This document shows, in pieces, positions 1-8,842 of a stretch of 64,000 bases of DNA. The position numbers and the translations under genes were made by a program. Source of the DNA: Candidatus Woesearchaeota archaeon (GTDB lineage: Archaea > Nanobdellota > Nanobdellia > Pacearchaeales > GW2011-AR1); contig CAZTCF010000001.1 of the NCBI GenBank assembly GCA_964612685.1, positions 19,399 through 83,398 of the forward strand. Reading direction: 5' to 3'. Numbering within the stretch: position 1 is the stretch's first letter; every line of letters starts with the position of its first letter. Under the pieces are notes generated by a model. That model was not told where the DNA came from and did no database searches. It saw nothing but the letters and a program-made list of their open reading frames with translations.

Positions 1-150
1 GAGAATTCCACCTGTGAAGATTACCCATCTATTGATATCCGAGGACAATCCAGTAAACTTTGGGATAAATGTAATTCCAAAATTAAGGAAATATATGCCT
101 AAAAGTAGGTATAATATGAAAAAGAACATCCCACCTCCACTTCTTACCAT
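1..150 (-). CDS. hypothetical small membrane protein, partial (continues beyond window edge)
   Basis: Own translation of the minus strand from the ATG at 150-148 gives MVRSGGGMFFFILYLLLGIYFLNFGITFIPKF... It is hydrophobic and open to position 1. It is absent from the ORF track because it is truncated. Confidence 0.3.
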   Translation of the reverse strand, partial: MVRSGGGMFFFILYLLLGIYFLNFGITFIPKFTGLSSDINRWVIFTGGIL

Positions 151-205
151 AATTAGAATAGAAAAGAAGTATATTTAAATATTTTTGTTAATGTTATCTT
201 TGAAA

Positions 206-340
206 GGTCCCATAGTTTAATGGTAGAACATGTCCTTGACGATGTAAGGCACCAAGGTTCCTTGACAATCAACCTCCTTTAAGGAAAGTGAGATAAACAT
301 CAAAATGGACAGGGTTGCAGTCCGATTCTGCATGGGACCA
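206..340 (+). tRNA. tRNA-Val(GAC) with 64-nt canonical intron (242-305)
   Basis: Acceptor GGTCCCA/TGGGACC plus A; D arm GTTT-AATGGTA-GAAC; anticodon stem TGTCC/GGACA; T arm TGCAG-TCCGATT-CTGCA. The intron follows position 37. A bulge-helix-bulge is readable: TTGA (236-239) pairs with TCAA (300-303), flanked by 3-nt bulges CGA and AAT. Confidence 0.8.
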
Positions 341-344
341 TTTT

Positions 345-623
345 CTAATTTCTTTTACTAATTTTTCCTCCCTTAACTTGCCCCCAGTTTTCTTCTAAGT
401 ATTCTACATCTAATTCGCTTTTATTTATTTTAGATATAAAACATAAATTGTCGAAGATGTTTTCAGGTAATAATCTTTCTTCTACAATATAATTTTTTAG
501 AGTAGAATAATTTATAGATAGTCTGTTTGCCAATTCTTTTATTGAGGGGGAGTTTATATTTTTTAATACATCTTTAATAAATTTTCTTTGTTCTCCTTTT
601 TTGAATTTAATTCTCCTAATCAT
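345..623 (-). CDS. hypothetical small HTH-like protein
   Basis: 92-aa ORF. SIKELANRLSINYSTLKNYI looks like a helix-turn-helix. No family recognised. Confidence 0.45.
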   Translation of the reverse strand: MIRRIKFKKGEQRKFIKDVLKNINSPSIKELANRLSINYSTLKNYIVEERLLPENIFDNLCFISKINKSELDVEYLEENWGQVKGGKISKRN

Positions 624-683
624 AATATAACTGCGGGACTAGGATATAAAAAACTTTTTAAACCAAGTAAAACAAGGATTTCT

Positions 684-995
684 ATGAAAATTCCAAAAAC
701 AACTAAAAGATTTTGTCCTTATTGTAAGAAAAAGACAGAACAGAAAATAAAATTAGTTGGAACAGGATTCCAGAGAGGGACACTTACAAGAGGTTCAAAA
801 TATAGGGCTAAATTAAGGGGATTAGCTAGAGGAATAGGAAATAAAGGAAAATGGGGTTCTAAGCCTGCAGCTTCTAAATTCAAGAGAAAATCAAAAACAA
901 CTAAAAAAACAAATATGATGTACACCTGCAAAGTCTGCAATAAATCTAAATACCAAAAGAAAGGTATCAGACTAAGCAAACAAGTACAGGAGTAA
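684..995 (+). CDS. rpl44e: 50S ribosomal protein L44e (eL42)
   Basis: MKIPKTTKRFCPYCKKKTEQK...YTCKVCNKS has two CxxC pairs and very basic composition, typical of archaeal L44e. The internal ATG at 684 is chosen over the upstream extension of ORF 588..995. Confidence 0.85.
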   Translation: MKIPKTTKRFCPYCKKKTEQKIKLVGTGFQRGTLTRGSKYRAKLRGLARGIGNKGKWGSKPAASKFKRKSKTTKKTNMMYTCKVCNKSKYQKKGIRLSKQVQE

Positions 996-1011
996 ATAAA
1001 AATAAACTAAA

Positions 1012-1713
1012 ATGGCACAGGCAAAAAAGAAAAAAAGGTTTTTCGATGTGGAAATGCCTTTGATAAACAAGCAAACCCAAATATTTGCATATGAACTTTC
1101 AGAATTGGAAGGGAAGTACATAAAATATGATTTAACAAGAATATTAAGAGGAAAGAGCATACTTGTTCAATTTAAGGTATCTGTAAAAGAACATCAGGCA
1201 ATTGCATCTCCGAGGGGAATTCTTTTAATGCCTTATTTTTTAAGAAGAATGATAAGAAAGGGAACAGATTATGTTGAAGATTCTTTTGTTGCTGATTGTA
1301 AGGATGCTTCTCTTAAGATAAAGCCTTTTTTAATAACAAGAAGAAAAGTTTCTAAGAGAGTTAGAAGAGGATTAAGAGATAAAGCAAGAGAAGAGATAAA
1401 GAAATATCTAAAGGACAAACTCGCTTCAAGAATTTTTGAAGAAATATTAAAGAATAAGATGCAGAAGGAATTAAGTTTAATGTTAAAGAAAATTTATCCT
1501 CTTTCACTTTGTGAGATTAAATCTTTGGAAATTGAAAAAGATTTAGAAGTCAAGGAAAAATCAAAGAAAGAAGAAGTTAGTGAGGAAAAGAAAGAAGAAA
1601 TTAAGGAAGAAAAGGAAGCCGAAGAAAAACCTAAAAAGAAAGAGAAGAAGTTAAAAAAGAAAGAAGAGAAGACAGAAAAAGAAACTAGTTCTGAAGAAGT
1701 TGATGAAGAGTAA
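1012..1713 (+). CDS. rps3ae: 30S ribosomal protein S3Ae (eS1) with Lys/Glu-rich C-terminal tail
   Basis: The N-terminal KKKKRFFDVEMP and the C-terminal core KKIYPLSLCEIKSLEI fit the S3Ae family pattern. The last ~55 aa are a K/E low-complexity tail. Confidence 0.8.
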   Translation: MAQAKKKKRFFDVEMPLINKQTQIFAYELSELEGKYIKYDLTRILRGKSILVQFKVSVKEHQAIASPRGILLMPYFLRRMIRKGTDYVEDSFVADCKDASLKIKPFLITRRKVSKRVRRGLRDKAREEIKKYLKDKLASRIFEEILKNKMQKELSLMLKKIYPLSLCEIKSLEIEKDLEVKEKSKKEEVSEEKKEEIKEEKEAEEKPKKKEKKLKKKEEKTEKETSSEEVDEE

Positions 1714-1763
1714 ATCTCTAGAATACGAAATCTTTTAAAGCATTTAATTATTCATTTTGTTGT

Positions 1764-1819
1764 GCCTGTATAGCTCAGTGATAAGCTCAGATTAACATCT
1801 GGCTAAATCACTTTAGGCA
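1764..1819 (+). other. tRNA-like leader element: copy of the first 20 nt of tRNA-Thr plus a TAAC-loop hairpin and acceptor-like 3' strand
   Basis: 1764-1783 is identical to 1826-1845. Possible pairings are GTGAT/ATCAC, AGC/GCT and CAGAT-TAAC-ATCTG. TTTAGGC+A pairs 6/7 with GCCTGTA. Confidence 0.6.
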
Positions 1820-1825
1820 TAATAA

Positions 1826-1897
<72 letters not shown>

Positions 1898-1951
1898 TTA
1901 TCTTTGCTGAAATCCAATAATATTTATAAATAAATTTATCCTAGTTTATTT

Positions 1952-2572
1952 ATGTCAAAAAAAGAGGAATCTGGCTTCGAGAAAAAGATTATTAATGAGG
2001 CTAAAAGAAAGTATGGAAAAGATATTGAATCGTGGAAAAAGAATTTAGATGAAGCAATAAATGAGAATTATAATTATTTGAAAAAATATCCTAAAAAATC
2101 TGGAACAAAGTTAGATTCTGTTAAACTTTTATTGAGATATGGGTTAATATTATTGGAAGACAGAATATACAAAGAGGATTTTGAAAAAGGAAGAGATATA
2201 TATTATTACATGAAAGATACTTTATCTAAAAAGGAAGGTAAAATAGTTTTATCTAAAGAGGTAGAAGAGTTTAAGCAGGCTTTAGCTTTAAGAGGAGGGG
2301 TTTTGGTGGAAAAATCCCATTTAAAACAAGATTACGGACATAAAGATTCAGAAATTCTTAGATATTATGATCAGCATGTTGGAAATAGAGCAGTTGGATT
2401 GGAAAAATCAATAACTCTTGTTTCCTTATTATCAATGGTTTTAGGTATCTTTATGGGATATCCGGCGTTGACAGGAAATGCCATTGCAAATACTTTAAGT
2501 GGTTCTTTAGATTATGGCGCAATACTTTTCATAGTCGGACTTATTGGAGTATATCTTGCTAATAAAAGATAA
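1952..2572 (+). CDS. hypothetical protein with C-terminal transmembrane helices
   Basis: 206-aa ORF. The C-terminus (LVSLLSMVLGIFMGYPALTG, AILFIVGLIGVYLA) is hydrophobic. No family recognised. Confidence 0.5.
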   Translation: MSKKEESGFEKKIINEAKRKYGKDIESWKKNLDEAINENYNYLKKYPKKSGTKLDSVKLLLRYGLILLEDRIYKEDFEKGRDIYYYMKDTLSKKEGKIVLSKEVEEFKQALALRGGVLVEKSHLKQDYGHKDSEILRYYDQHVGNRAVGLEKSITLVSLLSMVLGIFMGYPALTGNAIANTLSGSLDYGAILFIVGLIGVYLANKR

Positions 2573-2604
2573 TTTAATTAATTTTTAGAGAAGATTTAGA
2601 ATAA

Positions 2605-2934
2605 CTATTTCAACTTTACAGCGGTACCATATGCAAGCATTTCAGATGCCCCTTGCATAACCATTGATGTAGAAAAATTAAATCCTATTATTGCATCCGC
2701 TCCCATTTTTATTGCGTCATTAATCATTCTATTAAATGCTTCATCTCTTGATTGTGCCGTCATTTCCGTGTAAGTTACTATTTCTCCTCCTACTAAGTTT
2801 TTTAGACCTGCCCCAATATCCCTGCCAATATTTCTTGCTCTTACAGTGTTTCCTCTAGCTATCCCGATTACTTTAGAAATTACTCTTCCAGGTATCTCAA
2901 AGGCTGTTGTAACAATTATTTCTTTATTTGTCAT
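2605..2934 (-). CDS. YbjQ/UPF0145 family protein
   Basis: Size of 109 aa, with TTAFEIPGRVISKVIGIARGNTVRARNIGRDIGAGLKNLVGGEI...EMLAYGTAVKL, matches the conserved YbjQ pattern. Confidence 0.8.
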   Translation of the reverse strand: MTNKEIIVTTAFEIPGRVISKVIGIARGNTVRARNIGRDIGAGLKNLVGGEIVTYTEMTAQSRDEAFNRMINDAIKMGADAIIGFNFSTSMVMQGASEMLAYGTAVKLK

Positions 2935-2935
2935 A

Positions 2936-3142
2936 TTATTTTTTATATTCTTTTTCTTTTAAATCCTTTCTTTTTTCTATTTGGTCTTCTTTTTTATTGA
3001 ATATTATAACAATCCCAAGTATTATTAAGGGTATTCCATATATTAGCATAAATAATGTTACTAAAATAGATATAATTGTAAATATTAATCCTAATATTAT
3101 TAATCCTATTCCAATAATGAGTCTACTTTTGCTGGTTGTCAT
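2936..3142 (-). CDS. small membrane protein
   Basis: 68-aa ORF with two hydrophobic stretches and a basic tail. It ends 1 nt before the start of the ybjQ-like gene downstream on the same strand. Confidence 0.45.
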   Translation of the reverse strand: MTTSKSRLIIGIGLIILGLIFTIISILVTLFMLIYGIPLIILGIVIIFNKKEDQIEKRKDLKEKEYKK

Positions 3143-3174
3143 AGTATTATTTATATAACTGTATTTAATAAATT

Positions 3175-3732
3175 TTACTTGTCGATTATCTCAACTTTTT
3201 TTCCATCTGAGAGTATTTTTGCTATTTCTCTAGGAAGATTAGCAATGTCTCCCTTTTGATAGGGGCCCATCTTGTTTTCATCTGCTCCCAAAAATTCTTC
3301 AACATCATCGAGGAAAACAACTAAATCATTATTTTTTGTTACCTCTCCTTTGATTCCACTTAAAAGCTCATTTAGTTTTTTTTCAGAAGAATCCATACAG
3401 TTCATTAAACCTTCAAATAATTCTTTTTCTATAGCCAGCATATTTTCAAAGTCTTGTTTTGAAATGCCTGTTTCTGTAGCTATAAGTACAAGATTTAATA
3501 TCTTTTTTCTTCTTCTTATTATTAATTCTTTAAACAAAGTGGTTGCATTTTCTAATTGCTTTTTTGTTTTTATTATTACGTCTGAAAAATCTTCACTATC
3601 TTTTGCGGCAATTTCCTTTTTGTCTTTTATATATTTTGCAACCTCAGATATGAAATTTTTTGGTATTTGTTGTAATTGTTCAGAATATCTTTCTTTTCTT
3701 GCTGCTTCATATATATCATTGTAAGTTATCAT
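3175..3732 (-). CDS. GINS-like replication protein (Gins51/Sld5-like), tentative
   Basis: The N-terminal ITYNDIYEAARKERYSEQLQQIPKNFISEVAKYI and C-terminal VVFLDDVEEFLGADENKMGPYQKGDIANLPREIAKIL resemble the archaeal GINS pattern as I remember it. Confidence 0.5.
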   Translation of the reverse strand: MITYNDIYEAARKERYSEQLQQIPKNFISEVAKYIKDKKEIAAKDSEDFSDVIIKTKKQLENATTLFKELIIRRRKKILNLVLIATETGISKQDFENMLAIEKELFEGLMNCMDSSEKKLNELLSGIKGEVTKNNDLVVFLDDVEEFLGADENKMGPYQKGDIANLPREIAKILSDGKKVEIIDK

Positions 3733-3801
3733 TAAAGAAGAGAAGAACTAACGTTTTTAATAATTGTTGTATTATATAAAAAGAGTTACAGATGAGTATT
3801 T

Positions 3802-4140
3802 TTATTGATAACTAAATTTTTCTTTAAATCCAAAGTAATATATATTCATTTTGTGCATTTTAGTGTCTTCAATATCTCTTGAATTGAATCTTCCCCCTCT
3901 TCTCATCCAATAATTAGTAATTTGTTCTGGGGTAAATATCTCTCCATTAGGGGAAACAATAGAAAAGCTTTTGTCTATATTTCCAGGATTATCTTTATCT
4001 TCAAGCATACCGAATCCTTCTTCTTCTAATCTTGTGCAACTATGAATGATCTGTTTGTTTAAGTGGCTTGAGTTGTTTCTCTCATCAAAACTATAAGCCC
4101 ATAGAATTTTTTTTGTTAATTTGCTATCTTTTTCTTCCAT
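3802..4140 (-). CDS. hypothetical protein
   Basis: 112-aa ORF, last gene of a tightly packed three-gene minus-strand cassette. Confidence 0.5.
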   Translation of the reverse strand: MEEKDSKLTKKILWAYSFDERNNSSHLNKQIIHSCTRLEEEGFGMLEDKDNPGNIDKSFSIVSPNGEIFTPEQITNYWMRRGGRFNSRDIEDTKMHKMNIYYFGFKEKFSYQ

Positions 4141-4141
4141 T

Positions 4142-4492
4142 TTACAAATCTATAACGCCTTCTTTTGTCAAGGCAGCAAATCTTATTCCAACGGGGAGGT
4201 TAATTAATGCAGATATAAGGGCCATATGCTCTTTTCCTTCTCCACTAGCAATAGATAGAGCAACTTCAGTCCCATCTATTTTATTTTTAAGTTTTTTTAG
4301 AAATTCTTCTCTAAGTTCTTTTATTTTTGCCTTTAAGTCTACTTTTATGAATTCAAACTTCTTTTCATGGGTAAACCCTGTACCAAATTCGTCACCAATG
4401 ACTATTATTTTGTCCCATTCCCCGTGTTTCATAAGTCCTGAAACCTGTCCCCAGCTTCCTTTCCCTGTTGAGAGTAGAGCAACCAATTCCAT
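4142..4492 (-). CDS. hypothetical protein (small Rossmann-like/CARF-like look, unassigned)
   Basis: 116-aa ORF. MELVALLSTGKGSWGQV...IIVIGD has an alternating beta-strand/Gly-loop pattern. It lies 1 nt from both neighbours. Confidence 0.5.
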   Translation of the reverse strand: MELVALLSTGKGSWGQVSGLMKHGEWDKIIVIGDEFGTGFTHEKKFEFIKVDLKAKIKELREEFLKKLKNKIDGTEVALSIASGEGKEHMALISALINLPVGIRFAALTKEGVIDL

Positions 4493-4493
4493 T

Positions 4494-4751
4494 TTATAGT
4501 GCGTTAACCACCCTTTCTATTTTACTGTCCATTTTTTTTGAAATCTCTTGAAGAGCAGTAATTTTATCTATTTTCTTTGGAGGATAGAAATATTTTGGAG
4601 CGGATATTTCACCATTAGCTTCTAATTTAAGACCAAGCTTTTTTGGGGAAAGTGGGCTTGTCAGGTTGTTAAGTTTATTTCCTTCTTTATGCAATACATA
4701 TGCCACGTTTTCTGGAGAAGATTTATATCTTAAAGTGTAATAACCATCCAT
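4494..4751 (-). CDS. hypothetical protein
   Basis: 85-aa ORF, first gene of the three-gene cassette. Confidence 0.45.
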   Translation of the reverse strand: MDGYYTLRYKSSPENVAYVLHKEGNKLNNLTSPLSPKKLGLKLEANGEISAPKYFYPPKKIDKITALQEISKKMDSKIERVVNAL

Positions 4752-4923
4752 GTTAATGGGTAAAATTCTTTGTTTTTAAGGATTATTGTAATATCTAGTT
4801 ATATTCATGAGAACCCAACATTTAAAAACCCAAAATAACATAAAAAATTAGCCGTTTGAACCATATCGTGCTGGAATATGTTCTATATCCAGGACGCATA
4901 ATTTGGGAGGCTAAAACAGAAAA

Positions 4924-5556
4924 ATGGCAGAATTAGAGACAGAGTTAAAGAAAGCTTTAACTGAATTAAGAAGAGCTAAAGAAAGAAAGTTTGATCAGAC
5001 TGTGGATTTAATTGTAAATCTACAAAAATTTGATGTTAAAAAAAGCAATGTAAATCTTTTTGTTAGTGTTCCGCATAAGATAAAAGATAAAAAAATTGCA
5101 GGATTCTTAGAGGTTAAGAACACGAATATAGATACAATTACTCCAGATGAATTTAAGAAGTATGGTGATAAAGGCAAAATGAAAGGTTTAGTTAACCATT
5201 ATGATTTCTTTATTGCTCAGGCAAGTCTTATGCCGAGCGTTGCAACAAACTTTGGTAGAGCTTTAGGTCCAACAGGAAAAATGCCTTCTCCTCAGTTGGG
5301 AATTATAATGAATGCCGATGAAAAAACTTTGAGAGAACTCACAACCAAGATAAATACTAGTATAAAGATAAAGGTAAAAGAACCAAGTATAAAGATTCCA
5401 ATAGGAAAACAGACTATGAAAGATGAGGATATAATTGAAAATGTTCTTGCTGTTTATAATTTGCTTCTCAAAACTCTTCCAAGAAATAAAGAGAACATAA
5501 AGAATATTGAAATTAAATTAACAATGACTAAACCTTATAAGATATCCGTTAAATAA
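4924..5556 (+). CDS. rpl1: 50S ribosomal protein L1 (uL1)
   Basis: FDQTVDLIVNLQ...GRALGPTGKMPSPQ is the L1 pattern. It is the first gene of an L1-P0-P1 operon. Confidence 0.9.
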   Translation: MAELETELKKALTELRRAKERKFDQTVDLIVNLQKFDVKKSNVNLFVSVPHKIKDKKIAGFLEVKNTNIDTITPDEFKKYGDKGKMKGLVNHYDFFIAQASLMPSVATNFGRALGPTGKMPSPQLGIIMNADEKTLRELTTKINTSIKIKVKEPSIKIPIGKQTMKDEDIIENVLAVYNLLLKTLPRNKENIKNIEIKLTMTKPYKISVK

Positions 5557-5557
5557 A

Positions 5558-6412
5558 ATGAAAGATAAAAAATCAGACAAATCAGTTAAGACAACGCATG
5601 TTTCAGATAAGAAGAAAAGTGCAGTTGCAGAACTATCAAAACTTTTGAAAGAAAAGAAAACTTTGCTTATCGCTTCTATAAAAAATATTCCCGGTTCTCA
5701 ATTTCAAGAGATTGTTAAAAAGATGAGAGGAAAAGCAGTTGTTAAGGTGCCTAAGAAAAATCTTATTATTAAAGCAATTGATTCTTCAAAAGAAGAAGAG
5801 ATAAAAAAAGTAAAGGAGAGAATAACAAGTGATTTTGCTTTATTATTCTCGGATATAGATTCTTTTGAGTTAGCTATTGAATTAATAAGAAAAAAAAGTC
5901 CTTCTAAGGCAAAAGCGGGACAAATAGCTCCAGATGATATAGAAATCCCAGCGGGTCCAACCGATTTGGTTCCGGGTCCAGCAATCAGTGAATTAGGCGC
6001 TTTAGGAATACAAATTCAAATTGAAGGGGGGAAGATAACAATCAAAGCTCCAAAGGTGGTTGCAAAGAAAGGGGAGAAGATAAGTCAGGGTGCTGCAGAT
6101 ATGATGGGGAAATTGGATATTAAACCATTTACAATAGGGTTTATTCCGGTTGCAGCATTTGATAACGAAAAAAAATTATTTTATCCTGAAATCAATTTGG
6201 ATCCAGAAAAGACTTTAGAGGATTTCAAAGTAGCTTATGGAAAAGCTTTACCTTTCGCAGTTAATATTGGATATGCAACTCCCGAGACTATTGCTTTCTT
6301 GATTGGAAAAGCTGGAAGGCAAGAATTGGCTCTTGAAAGATTACAGAATAAAGAAAAAATAGCTGCAGAAACAAATACTCCTGAATTAAATTCTACAGGA
6401 GAAGGAAATTAA
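5558..6412 (+). CDS. rplP0: 50S ribosomal protein L10/P0 (uL10)
   Basis: Position between L1 and P1, 284 aa, with an L10-like N-terminus ([26 protein letters not shown]). Confidence 0.85.
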   Translation: MKDKKSDKSVKTTHVSDKKKSAVAELSKLLKEKKTLLIASIKNIPGSQFQEIVKKMRGKAVVKVPKKNLIIKAIDSSKEEEIKKVKERITSDFALLFSDIDSFELAIELIRKKSPSKAKAGQIAPDDIEIPAGPTDLVPGPAISELGALGIQIQIEGGKITIKAPKVVAKKGEKISQGAADMMGKLDIKPFTIGFIPVAAFDNEKKLFYPEINLDPEKTLEDFKVAYGKALPFAVNIGYATPETIAFLIGKAGRQELALERLQNKEKIAAETNTPELNSTGEGN

Positions 6413-6413
6413 A

Positions 6414-6698
6414 ATGGAATACATATATGCGGCACTTTTGTTGCACAAACTTGGAAAAGAAGTTAGTGAAGCAAACATAAAAAGTGTTGTTGTAGCTGCT
6501 GGTACAAGTGCGGATGATTCAAAAATCAAATCGCTTGTCGCTAGTTTGAAAGACGTGGATATAGCAAGTGAATTGGCTAATGCTAGTTTAGTTGCTGCTG
6601 CTCCTGCAGGTGCTCCTGCTGAAGCAAAGAAGGAAGAAGTTCCAAAGGAAGAGAAACACGAAGCTGCAGCAGAGGGACTTAGTGCACTTTTCGGTTAA
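6414..6698 (+). CDS. rpl12: 50S ribosomal stalk protein P1 (L12)
   Basis: [11 protein letters not shown]..., an Ala-rich hinge, and the acidic tail ending GLSALFG are characteristic of archaeal P1. Confidence 0.9.
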   Translation: MEYIYAALLLHKLGKEVSEANIKSVVVAAGTSADDSKIKSLVASLKDVDIASELANASLVAAAPAGAPAEAKKEEVPKEEKHEAAAEGLSALFG

Positions 6699-6804
6699 TT
6701 TTAAATTTTTTTAAAAAGTAACTAAGCCCTTTACACTTTTCTAGTTTGTACACGAACTGAACGGCAAGCGCTAAATGTATTTTAAATTCTAGAGAAAATT
6801 AGAA

Positions 6805-7449
6805 TTACTTTTTTAGATAATCGGGAATTTCAAATTTATTGAATTCTTCAAAAAGATTCTTTCCAAATTTTAACCTATAAATTGCTTCACCTTCAAGCGC
6901 ACAATCTTCTAGGGCTGTATGATACTTCCCTTCTCTAACAATTTCATTACCTTTAACATTAATTCTTTCATCGGGAATCCCACAAAATTCTAGGATCTTC
7001 CCAAGATTAAATGCACTTTGACCTGTTTCTTTCAAGAGATATTTTTTATTTATTTCAAAATATCTTTCTTGTGCTAAAGTATGTAAATCCATACCTCTTT
7101 GCATATGAATCTCAAGAAATTTCTTATGTAAATCATACTTAATTGATTTAGCTTGAATCATGCTTATATCCCAAGCAACATTTTGTCCATAAAATAATTT
7201 ATTTTCTTGCATACTCACCCAATCAAGATAATTTTCAATTAATTGATTTTGAGGTTGTTTATTTTTATCTTTTAGAATATCTAAATTCCTTCCATTAACT
7301 CTCATAGCCCCTTCAGTAATCAAGTCATCATCATCAATTTTACAATCCTGAAGAAAAGTGTTAGAATGATCATCTGTATTTATTGCACCTATCTCGCAAA
7401 TACCACAATCATTAGTTAATCCTGTTGTTTCAATATCTAAAATAATCAT
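6805..7449 (-). CDS. DEDD-type 3'-5' exonuclease (DnaQ/RNase T-like)
   Basis: MIILDIETTGL (ExoI), NVAWDISM (ExoII-like) and YHTALEDC (ExoIII with His). Confidence 0.7.
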   Translation of the reverse strand: MIILDIETTGLTNDCGICEIGAINTDDHSNTFLQDCKIDDDDLITEGAMRVNGRNLDILKDKNKQPQNQLIENYLDWVSMQENKLFYGQNVAWDISMIQAKSIKYDLHKKFLEIHMQRGMDLHTLAQERYFEINKKYLLKETGQSAFNLGKILEFCGIPDERINVKGNEIVREGKYHTALEDCALEGEAIYRLKFGKNLFEEFNKFEIPDYLKK

Positions 7450-7497
7450 GTTTTTATAAAAAAATTATAGTTTTAATATATTTATGCAATAAATAAT

Positions 7498-8742
7498 TTA
7501 TTTTGTAAATCCAACTTTCTGCAAAAGTTCTTGTCCCATTATTCTTCCCAATTCTCCTTTTCTACATTCTTTTTCACAGAATTTCTTTGCAACTGGGAGA
7601 GGTCTGCAATCATAAAACAAAACTGGAACAGGGTCTGCTGAATGTGATTTAAGTTTACAGGGAGTTGAATGATCTCCTGTAACAACAATTTTTATTTTGT
7701 ATTGTGGAGCGATACTTCTTAAATATTTAAATAAAGTAATATCAATATATTCCAACATCAATTTCTTTTCAACAGGTTTATTATCATGTCCTGGAAGATC
7801 TGTTTCTTTTATATGTATATATGCATAATCTGCTCTCTTGATATTTTTTTTAATTACATTTGCAGAATGTTTACAAGCTTTGCGGAGGCCTTTCCACAAG
7901 TTTTCATATGCGTCTATCCCGGTAAGTTCGGGATAATCGAAGGAGTAATTTTTCATCCCACAGGTATTTGCAAAACCTATTTCTAATGGCATATAGTTTG
8001 AAGCTATCCATTTTTTATATTGCTTTAATTTAGGGTATTCTATTCCTGCTCCTCTTACTAATAAAAAGTTTGCTGGGAGTAATCCTCTTTTTACTCTTTC
8101 AATATTTACTGGATGTGAGTTTAATACTAAATGTGCTTTTTCAAGAAATTCATTTACGATGTTTGAACTATATTGAGAATTTTCATCATCATCTAAGGGC
8201 TTACATTTAACAATTTTGTTTGAAATAAGAGTCATACCCTCCGTATAGGTGGTATCGTTTCCAGACACATTATCTGAAAATCCCCCTCTAAAAACAAGTG
8301 CTGCTCGGTGTTGTACGGTTGGTTTGAAAATAAATTCACATGGAAGTTTTATTTTATTTATAGCCTTTGCAAGAAGATTTGCCTCTGTTGTGGTTAAAGT
8401 TCTTCCTGCTCTTCTGTCTAGAATATTTCCTTGTTCTAGAGAATCAATTGTTCCGAAATTAACCCTAAAAGCTAAATCTCCCCGAGTTAGTTTTAAATCA
8501 CTCCCTCTTGCTTCTAATTGACCTCTTGTGCTGGATATTAATTCATTTCCAAATATAGAAACTATTGCTTCATCAGATTCTGGGATGAAACCCGGTTTCA
8601 CGGTGTACATATATCCTAATTGGCCCCTTGCAGCTAAAAAATCAAGATTTGGTGTCTGGGCAGCTTCCAATGGAGTTTGTTCATTTAGGAGTTTATGGGG
8701 TAAATCTCCTAATCCGTCTAATATTACAAGTATGCCTTTCAT
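7498..8742 (-). CDS. apgM: cofactor-independent phosphoglycerate mutase, archaeal type (ApgM)
   Basis: MKGILVILDGLGD...TPNLD...GSDEA...DLPGHD...TGDHSTP is the metalloenzyme pattern. The start is moved to the internal ATG at 8742 (the ORF track starts at 8760). Confidence 0.8.
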   Translation of the reverse strand: MKGILVILDGLGDLPHKLLNEQTPLEAAQTPNLDFLAARGQLGYMYTVKPGFIPESDEAIVSIFGNELISSTRGQLEARGSDLKLTRGDLAFRVNFGTIDSLEQGNILDRRAGRTLTTTEANLLAKAINKIKLPCEFIFKPTVQHRAALVFRGGFSDNVSGNDTTYTEGMTLISNKIVKCKPLDDDENSQYSSNIVNEFLEKAHLVLNSHPVNIERVKRGLLPANFLLVRGAGIEYPKLKQYKKWIASNYMPLEIGFANTCGMKNYSFDYPELTGIDAYENLWKGLRKACKHSANVIKKNIKRADYAYIHIKETDLPGHDNKPVEKKLMLEYIDITLFKYLRSIAPQYKIKIVVTGDHSTPCKLKSHSADPVPVLFYDCRPLPVAKKFCEKECRKGELGRIMGQELLQKVGFTK

Positions 8743-8842
8743 TATACTATAATAAAGCATCCTTTCTTTATAAAAATTTAGATTAGCTGGTTAAAATACC
8801 TTGAACCAAAACCTTAATAACTAATTCTTTGCTTGTAAAAAT

